The translations under genes and the position numbers were made by a program. DNA of 64,000 nucleotides, taken from assembly GCA_013239625.1 (NCBI GenBank), contig MU054220.1, positions 3,037,374 to 3,101,373 of the forward strand, given 5' to 3'. Below are positions 39,185 to 50,863 of the stretch, piece by piece (the first letter of the stretch is position 1; every line of letters begins with the position of its first letter). The notes below the pieces were generated by a model. It was not told the DNA's origin and ran no database searches. It was given only the letters and a program-made list of their open reading frames with translations. This stretch comes from Lama guanicoe (lineage: Eukaryota).

Positions 39185-39198
39185 GTTTCCATGGAAAC
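39185..39198. promoter_or_regulatory. Perfect palindromic RFX X-box
   Basis: GTTTCCATGGAAAC fits GTTNCCATGGNAAC. Confidence 0.6.
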
Positions 39199-40639
39199 AG
39201 ACTTGTGCGGAGGACTCAGTGTAGCGCGGCGCTGGTGGGGGAGAAGGGAAACATATAGTAAAACCAGGCTCCACAAGTGTGGCAAGAGTTGGACCAACTC
39301 CCTTCACAGGGGCTAGGGAGAGTCTGGGCGAGGCTCTGGGGTCTAATAGCAAAGGCTGCGTCTCTCCACTCATGAGGTCCCCCCCACCCCCACCAGGAGC
39401 CGCTGAGCTCCCCCTGTGGCTCTTGGCAGGTGGCTGCTTCTCCAGTGGGCTTTCTGACTAGGTGCCAAGACTCATGGTTGCCACTGTATGCCTTGGTTTC
39501 CTCCTCTGTGAAATGGAGGCAATAAGAGCAGTTACCTACCTCACAGGGTTGTTGTCAAGGTCAAACTCGTTAATATGAGGAAGGCAGTCATAGTCATAGT
39601 CAGAACGCTGTCATAGTACATGTTCACTAAGTGTCATTATTATTAATGGCTGTTGGATGAACTCCCTGGGCAGTGCATTCACTTGGATCCATCCTCTATA
39701 CTCAATGGGTGGTCTTGACTTTTGGCAGGGCTGGCCTCCTCTTTGGAAGAGCCTCTCCAGCAGCGCCAGTACACCCCCAGCTGGGAACCAGTTATCCATT
39801 TCTTCCTTCCACAGAGCTCTTATTTAGGTTGCTGAGGGCTTGAGCGCCATGCTAGGACATCCTGGCTCCTGTTCAGACCCTACCTGTCTAGGAGCCTTGT
39901 GGGAACAAATCTTCCAAGTCCAGATGGTTGGGCAGCTTCCTGTCTAGCCCCCTTGGGATGGGGCCAGAGGTAGAGGGACAGGAGAGGTCCGACTCTGAGG
40001 ATAGAGAAGGGACTGGACTGGGACAACTTTCCAATCCTGGAGAGGCTGGCTCGCCTGACTGGAGAAGCATCTCCCTCCTGATAATCTGCCAAAGAGGGAA
40101 TAAGAACTCTCCAGAAAGATAACAGATGCTGGCCTCCTCGTCCCTGCAGGTTAGAACCTCTGTTGCTGCAGTGTTCCTAGTATACCCTATGAATCTGGAC
40201 AGGCTCAGGGCTCCAGCCTGAGCCACCAGCTGACATGTTCCTGCCCAGTTGGCTGGGACAGGGGTCTGCCCACTTCTGTTTACCCCAGCAGCACCTGCCT
40301 TGGCAGCATCAGGGCAGTGGCTTGAGGACATTCTGGGCACCAAGAATGGCTCAGCCAGTCTCCCTCACCCGCTCATCTTTCTATTGCTGCTCTCCCCTCC
40401 CTGGCCTGCAGACACATCCTCCTCCTCTCGTGTCACTGTTCCCCTCCTCCCTTCCCATAAGATGGCCTTTAGCTCCAAGTTCCCTAAAGGCACTCCCCGC
40501 ATCAGTACCAGCTCTCAGAGCTGTGAAGCAGCTCTCCATATCTGTTTGCCATTTCTTCTATTTTACAGATGGGAAAACTGAGATTCTTGGGGCTTGTCCA
40601 TTAAAGCCATCACCCAAGCTAACTGTGGCTGCTCCCAGT

Positions 40640-41400
40640 ACCATCCCAGCCCTGGGGATGCCCTTTCCTCTTCCCCGGCTCTCCAGGTAGCCCCAGACGC
40701 TGCTGCCCAGCCGCACCTCCCACCCTCCTCCAGGCTGACAGTTCCCTGCCAAGGTTCTTCCCCCAGGTCTCTCTGGACCGCTTTGCTGTCCTCATTGGTG
40801 TTCACAGCACCTTCCAATTTAATATCCTCTGCAAATTTCATTAACGGACTGTTTACTCCCTCTCTCAGGATCATTAATGAAGATGTTGGATAAGATCTGA
40901 CCCAACACCGGGTCTTGGCAGCCCTGCCCCGTCTCCAGACTCTGTACCTCAGCTCCTTACCCTTGGGCTTGCCACCTCCACCCAGGACCCTTGGGACCTC
41001 CCCNNNNNNNNNNNNNNNNNNNNNNNNNNNNNNNNNNNNNNNNNNNNNNNNNNNNNNNNNNNNNNNNNNNNNNNNNNNNNNNNNNNNNNNNNNNNNNNNN
41101 NNNNNNNNNNNNNNNNNNNNNNNNNNNNNNNNNNNATCTACCAGTCTTGTAATTCTATCAAAAAAGCTATCAAGTTTGTCAGGCATGATTTGTTCTTTAT
41201 AAATCCCCACGGTGCCGCGTGGGGCACAGAGTTCCCGCGTTTTCTAAATGTTTAGAGATTCCCTGTTTGTATTTGCTCCTTGATTAGAGCTGGGAGGCTG
41301 TGGGCTGGGAGTTGCTGGGAACACTCATCTCTTCCTCTGGGATGGAGATCACAGCACAGCCTTTCCCTTCTCCACGACTCCACCGGGGGAAGCCAGTAGT
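40640..41400 (-). mobile_element. CR1/L3 LINE fossil, ORF2 reverse-transcriptase region, antisense in CHST1 intron 1
   Basis: Minus-strand translation with single frameshifts gives GFIKNKSCLTNLIAF/FDRITRLVD and VLGQILSNIFIND/LREGVNSPLMKFAEDIKLEGAVNTNEDSKAVQRDL. These are hallmark CR1 RT blocks, with FADD degenerated to FAED. Confidence 0.9.
41004..41135. other. Assembly gap (132 N)
   Basis: Run of N, seen directly. Confidence 1.
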
Positions 41401-43619
41401 TTAGCACCCACCGAGTCCCCGCAGTGCACTGGGGACCTCAAGCTGGGCACTGAGGGTGGGGGTGGTCAGAGGGCCTGGTACCGCAGGGATTCTGCTGGCA
41501 GATGAAGACGACAGACAGACAAGTCTGATGCTGACATTCCGAGGATATTGAGCTTTGTACCAAGCCCTATGCTAGAAGTGTTATGTTTGAGATCTTGTTT
41601 AAGCCCCTCGCCTGCCCTGGGAAGTAGGTGTGCTCTCTCCTCCCTGGGGACCTGGTAAGGCTGCCCAGGACCCAACGTATGGGTTTCACCCTCTGCTCTG
41701 TTGCTCCTAACCACTTAAGCTGTATACATGTAACTGGGGTGGTTCCCAACAAGGGTTCTAGGAGGTCAGAAAGGAAGGAAGGATAGTCTTAAGGGAGAAA
41801 CTTGGACAGATGAGGACCTCGCTACATATGCACCTCACACACAACACCCCTTAGCCTCAATCCATTTTATGCTGCCACCACTCAGCTGTGGGAACAAGTC
41901 ACTTAGCCTCTGTGAGCCTCTGCCTCTCACCTGTGAAATGGATCCTCGGTGAGCAGCAGCCATTGTGTCTTCTGATGGAGGTCCCTGTCAACGTTGGGGC
42001 AGGGATACTAGTCTGACTGTCATGTTATCAGTGAGCAGCTCCCATCCAGGAGACGGAAGACTGACAGTTTGAACCACCTGGCACCCTTGGGACCAGCTGC
42101 GGGCTGGTGATAAGTTCTGGGCTTATGGAACAGGGGAGCCCCCTCTGGGCCTTTCCCATTCCAGCCCACTTCAGGCTAGGTGGTAATAAAGACATCCTTT
42201 GGTGTCCTCTTGGCTGCAGAGGATTTGGGCATCCCTGTGCTCATCGGCCATGAAACCACCCACTCCCACCTCTACTTGCGTAGCCAGACCTGGAGCCCCG
42301 GAATGGGGAGCAGAGTGTGTTTTGGTTACTGCCATCAGGTGGGATGCTGCATCCGGCTTCTCCATATACATTATTTCTTCTAATCCTTGGGATAACCTTC
42401 CTTCTGTCATTCAGCTGGGAGGGAGAAGCCCCCGAGAAGCAGTGAGATGGTACATATGCATTTGGTGTGCGGGGGAACCAGGCAGGAGGGGCCATAGGCA
42501 GCCCACATCCATCCAGCTGACACTGCAGGGATCTGATCCTTAGACGTGGTCAGTAGGTGTTTGTTGGATGAACCCATGTCTGGGTCTGGGTGAATGCCAA
42601 GGTCAGGGTTGGCACCGGTATGTGTGGGGACCCTTGTAGCCACCTTGGCCCTGGCACTCCCTGCCCCTGCCCTTTAGTCTCCAGGTGCTGAGGGTGGCCT
42701 GGGGGCTTAAGCTGTGTGCTTAGGGCCAGGGCTGGGGCAGTTCTAGGATCTGAGCTTGAATCCTGGTCCCACTACAGACTAGCTGTGCAATTTGGGACCA
42801 GTTCCCTCATTTGCCTGAGCCTCACGGCTCCTCATCCATGAAAAATGGCAAGGGTACCTGCAGTCAGCACCCACTTGATGGGAACCAGAATGGTGGTCAC
42901 ATCTGGGGGTCCACTCCTGCAGCCCCTTCTTCCTGTGTTATAGCCTCAAGGCTCAGGTGAGCCTCCCCCACACGCAGCCCACCCTCCCTCATCCCCAGGG
43001 ACCAGCTGGGCCTTCTGCAGGTGGCTTGAGACTGGAGACTTCAAGATTCAGGGACAGATGGCCCCCCTCTCAGCCCGTCCAGTGGCAGCTGCCTCTGCTT
43101 TAGCTCCTGTTGGCTGTTTCCCATCCTTGAAGCTGGGAGGATAGGCTGAAGCCCCAGTATCCAGGGGGCGGGGCCTTGGTACTATTCCGACTCTGGCTGT
43201 GGCTGCTGGGTGGGGGAAGGGAGGACAGGAAACTGGGGCTTTTCCGTCCAGTGCCGGTGCAGAAGGGTCCCGCCTACCGTAGGCCAGGCTGTGGTAGGAC
43301 CAGCCTGAGACAGGGAACCAGGCCCTTCTGACTCATCCCTCCCCCGTGAGGAGTCGGCACACTGGGGCCTCGTGCCAGGAGGTCAGTCACTCTCCCCACT
43401 GCTGGGGAAAACTTTCCTCAGGTTGGGCCTGGACCCCGCTGATGGACTGGGCCACGGGCAGGACTGTAGCTAGTCTCTGCAGCTGAACAACAAGAGTCTC
43501 CAACAACACAGATGGTGGGAGCTTCGTGGAGAAGTCTGTAGTGTCTGCTTTAACTTCCTTAAACATTTCCAGGCCACTATGGCCTGTCTGTAGGTTAGTG
43601 TGGTCCCTAAAATTCATGC

Positions 43620-43860
43620 TCACTATTCTTCCTTAATGAGCGCTGTTCTGTGCCCAGCCCTGTGCTAAGCTTCATTGGCTTTCTGTCTCACAACCCAGGT
43701 ATTTGAAAGAGTCTGTGATCATCTTTCTCATTTCATCGATAAGGACAACTGAGGCCTGCAGAGGTTAAGTGCCCTGCTCAAGGTCTCGTAGCTATAAAAG
43801 CAGCAGCAGTGGAATTCAAACCAGGCCTGGCTGGCCCCACCACCCAGCCTGCTTCCTTGC
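43620..43860 (-). mobile_element. MIR SINE
   Basis: tgtgcccagccctgtgctaagc...aactgaggcctgcagaggttaagtgccctgctcaaggtc...ggaattcaaaccagg. Confidence 0.75.
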
Positions 43861-45419
43861 ACCCCTGTGGGTAACTTCTCAAGGAGGCCTGAGACACCAT
43901 GTGTATCCCCAAGGTCATCAAGTGTGGACACTGGAGTGACCTGCTCTAGAGACACCAGGGCTTATAAGAGGCAGCCAAGCAGCTCTGCTGATGGTGTAAA
44001 GTTGGTGGACCGTCACTCTCTGGATGCTTGTCTTTGGAACCATGATTGTAAGAACTTACCCCCATTGGTGATGCCCAAAGGATGTACTGGTTCTGCCTGT
44101 GGGGGTCTGTGGATGGGCCACAGGGCCCAGGGACCCTAGAGTTTGTACACAAAAACCATGTTTGTGTTGATGCAGATTCTAGGAGAAGGACCATAGACCT
44201 CACAGTGTTTCCAGTTGAGGGAGCACCACCCCAAAGAGAAGGAAGCACTGGGGCCTCCAATCTCTCCTGGGTGTCACCAGAACACAGAGGCTAAGATTGG
44301 ACCCCATCAGATTGCCTCCCCTGGAAGGTTGCACTGGCTGAATTGCATGTGGACATACCGCTCATTTTGAAGGCTGTTCAAGGACACAGCGCTGTGAAAC
44401 TTGTCCTTGGACTTGTTAGGTATGAGGTCTTAAGGACAGCCGTACATGCTCAGGGCTCTCCAGGAGACCTTTCAGGAGAAATCTTGTGCTGGATTAAGTA
44501 TCAGGAATAGCTGGGTATCTCTTGAGTAGATGCTTTCATCTTTATCTCACAGATCCTATGAAACATGTTAATGAAAGATTTCTCTTTTCCCATTGGCTGC
44601 CAGGTAGCTCTGACCGATATGTGTAGCCCAGAAGTGGCTTGGCTGTTGTACACTGACCTGGCTCCTAGTTCTTTCAGACTTTCACACCCTTGTTTTCCCC
44701 TTGCCTCATTTTCATCAACTCATTTTCCTTGAGAAGAGAAAACCTTGCTGTTTTATGTGTTTTAGCTTTAACTAAACAAACATCTATGGTAGACCAACGC
44801 TGGCTACCGCAGATGCAGGGATTAAGCATTTCCTTTCTGCAAGTTCCATCCCAGAGGCCTGTTTGCCAGCTCCTCCCCCACCATCCAGTTCCCTCTGCCC
44901 CTTGCTCCAGTTCCTGGGACTGTACTGCCTTGGGGTCCCTCCATACTGGCTCTTGAGTCTGGTGAGAAATACAACATTCAGGTTTTATTCCTCTGCTCTT
45001 CTTATCTCCCCAGAGCTTGCTGAAATGAGGAAAAAAGCAGAGAGGGAGAAAAAAGTGGAGAGGGGAGTCATTTCCCCAACTTGGACCTCAGCTGCTCCCT
45101 AAAGCCCCAGGCCCCCTTTTGAGGTCTTGCCCTTTTCAGCTCCTGCTTTGTCTCAGCAGCACCAGGTGACTGCTGTCCCCTATCTGAGCAAACCGAGACC
45201 AGCTCTGGCCGAAAGGTGGTGAATTTCAACCCTGGTGCTTGGGAATGGGGGAGGAGAGCTCTGGCTGTCAGTGCCCTGGGGACAGAATAGGAGGCACAGT
45301 GAGATGCCAGTGCTGAGTTTCAGTGCCCCACCTGCTCGTCAGTCGCCCCTCCAGTTCTTACATGGGGTGGCTTCACTCTGTCCCCGAAGTCAATAAACTC
45401 AAACTGAATCAAAACACTC

Positions 45420-45690
45420 AGTATAAACTGTGCCTTGCCCCCACCCTAGTCTAGCTCCTCCCACCAGACAGCTACAGTTAACCAGTTCAGTGCAAGATCT
45501 TCTGGTCAGTCATAAATATATTCAAATATATATATATATGTATTTATATATATGTATACACACAGACAACCCCCCTTTAAAAAATGAGAAATGGCTACAT
45601 AGCATTGCATGTGTGTTTTCTGGCTCGAGCTTTTTTACTTAATAATACATCTTGGGTGATGGTTCCCCATCGGTACTTACACATCTGTGG
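45420..45690 (-). mobile_element. L1ME-like 3' fragment with internal (TA)n
   Basis: acagttaccagtt...ttttttacttaataatacatcttgg; (TA)n at 45526-45558. Confidence 0.55.
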
Positions 45691-46589
45691 AGCCTTCTCT
45701 GATAGAGTCAGTTGAAAAGAAAATCCTAGGGTGGGAAAGGCTCATAATGAAGGGGTTAAGCCTCTAGGCAAGAGAAGGGATGCCCATGGGCAGGTTTTAG
45801 GAGGTCTTGGAACCTTCTAATTCTGTGCATAAAATTGTGGGCACAAATGGATCTTTCCGGGAAGAGGGATTGTGTCTCTCCAAGGGGGTCTGTGACCCAG
45901 AAAAGACAAAGAGCCATAGCTCTGGGTTGCTTGGGATTTCATAGAGCAGGAGGCAGGGGCTAAAGCTGCAGAGGATGGAGCCCCTTGGTTCTTGGGCTCC
46001 AGGATAGCCACGGATCGGGATGGGGTGTGGGCAGCGCTGCCAGCCCTGTATCTTCTTAGCAGATGACTGGAGCTTTCCCACTCTGGAAGGAGGGTCCCCC
46101 TGCCTGCAGCGAGGGTGGCCCTGACTCTGAGAGTAGAGTACTGGGCCTTCCAGGGATCCGAGAACCCCAGTGGTCAGAACTGGGAGGCCCTTAGCATCGT
46201 TGAATCTGTGGAAGAACCGAGGCACAAAGAGGCTAGGGGGTGAGTCCAAGGTCACCCAGCCAGGGAAACGCAGAGCCTGTGGGCTGCTCCTGCCTGTGAC
46301 ATTCAGTTCAGAGTTCCTTCCCCTGCCAGAGCGGAATGAGGCCAGGAAGCAGAGGCCCTTCAGACGATACAAAGCTGCCTGTTGCTGCTTGCCTCTTGGT
46401 CTGTGGGTGAAGAAGAGAGGGTGTGGAGAGCAGAGCCCGCAGGCTGGGGCGGCTGTGTCTTCATCACACTTCACTACCTCCTGCAACATCCCCTCCTGCT
46501 GCCTGCATCCTCACATCAGGCTGCAGCCAACCAGCCAGGAGTTCTGAACACAATAAAGACGCGGTGCTAAGAGGCTGCGCTACAGGATG

Positions 46590-46608
46590 TAGCCACTAGA
46601 GGGAAGCA
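46590..46608 (+). promoter_or_regulatory. Candidate CTCF site in CHST1 intron 1
   Basis: tagCCACTAGAGGGaagc matches the CTCF core with one mismatch. Confidence 0.45.
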
Positions 46609-46809
46609 GGAAAGCCACTGCGGTGGCTCTGCCTGAGAAAGCTCCCAGGGATGGGAGAGGAGGGAGGAAGGAAGGGGCCGTGGGCCGTGGGCAGAGGCCT
46701 GCCTGGCAGAGGTTAGGGCACAGCAGTCAGGGAGTGTCTGCTTCCCTGTCAGTCAGTTATGATTTGTTCTGAGGGGCTTCCCTGAGGAAAAGGCAAGCAA
46801 GACATTTAA

Positions 46810-47190
46810 TGATGATAATAGTAACACGTTTATTGAGTGCTTACTTTATGCTAGGCACCATATTAACTAATTAATCCTCACAACAGGCTTTTGAAAATTA
46901 TCCCCATTTTGAAGGTGAGAAAACAGAGGCCAGAGAGACTGAGAAATCTGGTCATCAATAGAGCTGGTGCCAGAGCCGATGTCCCAAACACAAGGCTGTG
47001 CTCTGTTATATGCCTGGCATGGACTAAATGCTTTAAGTCCTTTAACTCTTACAGCCACTACTACAGTTATACCTACTTTGTGGGTGGGGAAACTGAGGCT
47101 CAGAGACAACTGATGAGTCGCCCAGGTCCGTGCACCTGCTAAGTGACAGATCTAGGTGGGTGTGGTTTCATGGCTTGAGCTCTTAGCTCT
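46810..47190 (-). mobile_element. Two adjacent MIR SINEs
   Basis: tttattgagtgcttactttatgctaggcac...aatcctcacaac...aaacagaggccagagag, and a second core gggaaactgaggctcagaga at about 47087. Confidence 0.8.
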
Positions 47191-49404
47191 GAATTATAGT
47201 TTTCCCAAATGGAGATGTTTTCCATGCCCCCTGTGCCCTAATCTGAAGATGGCTGACACTGAAATCTGAGCTTTCTTTTAGGAGTGGGCAAGACCCCTGC
47301 CTCCCAAAAGAACTTACAGATTCTGGGCTCCTGTGTCAAAGGTTTGCCTGGATTTTGGCTAACCAGAGGTGGAGGGAAGGCATACCAGAGGCTGTAAGAA
47401 GCCCAGGGAGGGGCGCTGGGGCTCAGAGGTTAAGGGTATCGAGGAGTCCCTTGCAGTGGCCAAAGCTCCCCTGGGAACAAAGGGGCCTAGCCTCAAGGCC
47501 TCTGGTTTCCAGGGCAGATGCCTCCAGCATACCAAGGACCCTTGGCCGGCCCTGGGCCCGGCTCTGCCAGGCTGGCAGGAGAGTACGGGCATTTCTAGGA
47601 GCGCCTGACTTCCTCCATTTTCCAATTCCCATGCCCTGACTCTGCCCTCCTGGAGGGACAGGGGGGTGGCCTGTGGCTGGGCCTTCATACACATTCCCCT
47701 CCTGTGTGTCCAGGCTGTACCTTGTGAATCTGAGTCCTACTTTCTTAGGGATTTATAACACTGAGATGCTTTAGTTACTTACGATTTATTGGCAAAGACA
47801 GCAGCTTCCAATCCTGGCCTTACATTTCTTTGGGTAAGGGTGGGGAGGGGACATGGGGGGAAGAAACTGAAATGGTCTCCTCCCTGAAAGATGCTCCTCT
47901 TTAAAGAAAACCTTGGATGAATTTGGCTTTTGGAACTGGAATCCTAGAGTTGAGTGAAAACTCTTTAAGGCTTGTTTCCTGTCTTGGTGGGGACCAAAGG
48001 GTGTTGAATGGAGTGGAAGAAGGAGTGGGTCAGGGCGGAGGATTGTGCATGGGCGTTAGAGCATACCACCTGGGCTGGAATCCGCTCTACCCCTTACTAG
48101 GGGTGTGAGCTTGTGAAACCTCAGTTTCCTAATCTCTAAAATGGGGCTATGAACTCATAGGATTGGCGTGAGGACTAAATGAGCAGATGCTTGTGAAGGG
48201 AGCATCTGCCTGGGAGGAACATCTTGAATGCCCTGTAAGTGCTTGTCTTCTTTCATTTTATTTAACCCGTAGGGCCCAGAACAGTGGCTGGTTCATGCTA
48301 GATAACTAACAGACGCTTGTGAATAAACACAAAGGAAGTACAGCCAAATGAAACTGCATCACAGCTGAAGTATGGACCCCCTAAATAGCTTAAAAATATT
48401 ACCTTGTACTAATACTGATGGCATTTCCCTATCTGTTCTCTAAAGGCATTCACATTTGTCTTGGGACCCTTGGGTAGGGCGGGCCTGCACTTGGCAAAGG
48501 AGTCACATTTAATGCAGAGAAGCTGTTCTCTCTGGGTACCTCATGGAACCCTGTTGATGGAGATGGCATCTTTTTCTGCCATGGGGTGAGGCAGAGGTGG
48601 GATGGGATGTGGTCAGCGCTCTGGTTTTCCTCTGATCACATTGGAAGTTCCCAGGAGTCTTCACTCTGCCTTTCCCCTATTTACTGCCACCTGGTGATGT
48701 GGTACTGCTTCCCCTGGGTACCAAGTGGAGTTCCATACTTAAAACAGGACTCCTGGGCCCCAGAGCCTCAGCTGGTGCACTGCTATCTCAGCCCAGCCTT
48801 GGTGCCCCTCCCCAAGCTTCAGCATGTCTCTTCCCCACTAACCTGATGGTGCAAGGGCCACAGCATTGGCCTGAGTCTGACCCAGAGGGATTCGAGTCTC
48901 TGCTACTTCATACTTGACCATGCTTGTTTACTTAGTCTTTGCGCCTTCGTTTCATCATCTCAACAATGGGAGTGAGGACCCAGGCCTTCCAGAGGGGGCT
49001 GTAAGGAATAACGCAGTGTGCAGGGTTGGGTGAGTGCAGTGAGCCAGGCAGTGCTGCAGGTTTGTGAACTGAGGACCCACTTGCCTCGCCCCCAAAGGAG
49101 TCGTGCCAAGTAGCAGGATGTGGGAAGAATATTCACAAAGCACCAGAGTTCATCCCACCAGCCATGAGCCAGTAGATCAATCAGACCAGACAGCAAAGGG
49201 AAGACACATGCTCTGTCTCAGAAACCATCTGAACGTCCCCATCTAATGCCCAGTTCCTCTCACGACAATTCACAAAGGAGCCAGGGACGTTAATTGAATG
49301 CATGTTTGCAGGCCAAGTCTGGGTAAGCTGGAGGAACGGTCAGTCATGTCTGTCATGTCTTCGTAGAGGGAGGGAGCAGGGGCTCCGGTGAACCTGCTGG
49401 GTGG

Positions 49405-49650
49405 GGACTAAGCCAGGTGTGTTAGTTCAGGCAGCTTTCTCCGCATCTCTGTACCCCGGCTTTCTCGCCTGGTTGATGGAGACAGTCCTGGTTTCCATGT
49501 AAAGTTCGTGCGAGGAATTAATGAGCTCGCACTGGTAAAGGGTTTAACACTTAATACATATCCCTTCTTTTTCATCCCTTCCTCTTCTCTCTGCCCCATC
49601 TGGGTTCTCTGGGGCCATTGCTGTATTCAGTAGGCGCTTCCCAAGATAGC
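49405..49650 (+). mobile_element. MIR SINE interrupted by a templated insertion
   Basis: gtgcgaggaattaatgag...gtaaagggtttaacac [insert] cagtaggcgct follows MIR consensus order. Confidence 0.65.
49562..49623 (+). repeat. 62-bp dispersed direct repeat, copy A (copy B at 50802-50863)
   Basis: 60 of 62 bases identical between copies, which are 1240 bp apart. Confidence 0.97.
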
Positions 49651-49739
49651 GCTGCGCAATCTTGGTGTTTTAACCTAGAATCTGCAAAGAGCATCAAGGT
49701 CGGAAATCCGCCCTGGTCCACTTTTGCTTTGAATTTCAG

Positions 49740-49861
49740 GTAACTGTTCTCCTCTCTCCACGTACTTGGAAGGAGACCTCACTTCCTGGCTGTCCCTTCC
49801 TCGCTGTCCTCAGTGTGTGGGCTTTCTCGACTGAGCTGCCATTTCCACATGGAGGTCTGGG
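49740..49861 (+). other. CHST1: Candidate CHST1 5'UTR exon 2 (alternative acceptors at 49740 and 49814)
   Basis: Acceptors cttttgctttgaatttcag| (49739) and cccttcctcgctgtcctcag| (49813); donor GGG|GTGAGT at 49861/49862. Confidence 0.55.
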
Positions 49862-50528
49862 GTGAGTCCCTCACCCTTGCTGACTTCTGCTAAACCCCTT
49901 CTTGGGGAATCATTGAATGAGATGAATTTTAAAGAATCAGAATGCTCTGTTGATTATAAATGTAGAACCTATCTGGAGTGTGCCCTGGCCCCCTTTTCTG
50001 GGATAACTTGGACTCTGTTCCATTGTTGGGCACTATGCACTGTGTCTGGTTGGGTCAGTGTGTCAGCAAAGCTGAACAGAGCTAGCCAGGCTTAGGGGTG
50101 TTTGTGGCCAGTGGATTTCTTTGCAGCTCCCTTGGGTAGCAGCTGGGAGGGATGACTCCCTGGGGTGGTTGCCTTTGTGAGGCACCAACTCTCAGTCAGC
50201 TGGGCATGCAAGCTCGCCAGCTTCCTGCCCACTGAGGCCTGGTGTGAGCACAGGGACAGTGGCTTGCTAGGAGGGTATGGGTCGGGGGTGGAAGAGGTGG
50301 GTGAAGGGGGTGGGATGCAGCCCAGGACCCAGAGGGCAGGACCCATAGGGGCTCAGAGATGGCACTGGGTTATCTGGAGCCCTGAGTCAGTGAGAGATCT
50401 GGGAGAGCTGGCAGGGCCTCCATTGCCCAGGCCTGGGGAGCAGTCTGTTGGGCACAGGACACAGAGGAGAAGGGGTGGGGAGGCTCTGGGAGACCCCACT
50501 TCAGAGCCTCCTCTCTGTCTCCTGGCAG

Positions 50529-50625
50529 TCTGCTGGCCACAGGGCTGCTCTCCAGGCTGTGACTGCTGACTTGGCCAGGAGACCTGGCAGCTGTGGACTC
50601 CCCAGCTTGGAACAGCCTCTCTTTG
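50529..50625 (+). other. CHST1: Candidate CHST1 5'UTR exon 3 (97 nt)
   Basis: Acceptor cctcctctctgtctcctggcag| (50528) and consensus donor TTG|GTAAGT (50625/50626). Confidence 0.65.
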
Positions 50626-50801
50626 GTAAGTATTGGTGCTCTCCCTGCATTCACCCTTGGAGTACCCCCGGGCCTCCCCCAGGGCTGCTAGCTGAGCTGG
50701 CCTCTTTTGGGAGTGACTTTCAGATGCTCAGGTTTGCTCCTGGCCTGGGACCCCTGGCACACCCTCCCCATCCCCCACACTTTCTCCCTTCCTTGAGATG
50801 C

Positions 50802-50863
50802 CCCTTCTTTTTCATCCCTTCCTCTTCTCTCTGCTCCACCTGGGTTCTCTGGGGCCATTGCTG
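50802..50863 (+). repeat. 62-bp dispersed direct repeat, copy B
   Basis: cccttctttttcatcccttcctcttctctctgctccacctgggttctctggggccattgctg. Confidence 0.97.

Noticed and set aside
40563-41210. 215-aa ORF as an active reverse transcriptase gene
   Set aside because: Open only because of the N gap and frame switches; catalytic FADD is mutated. Reported instead as a CR1 fossil.
45797-46489. 230-aa minus-strand ORF in CHST1 intron 1
   Set aside because: Non-ATG start, no domain or codon bias; typical chance ORF in GC-rich DNA.
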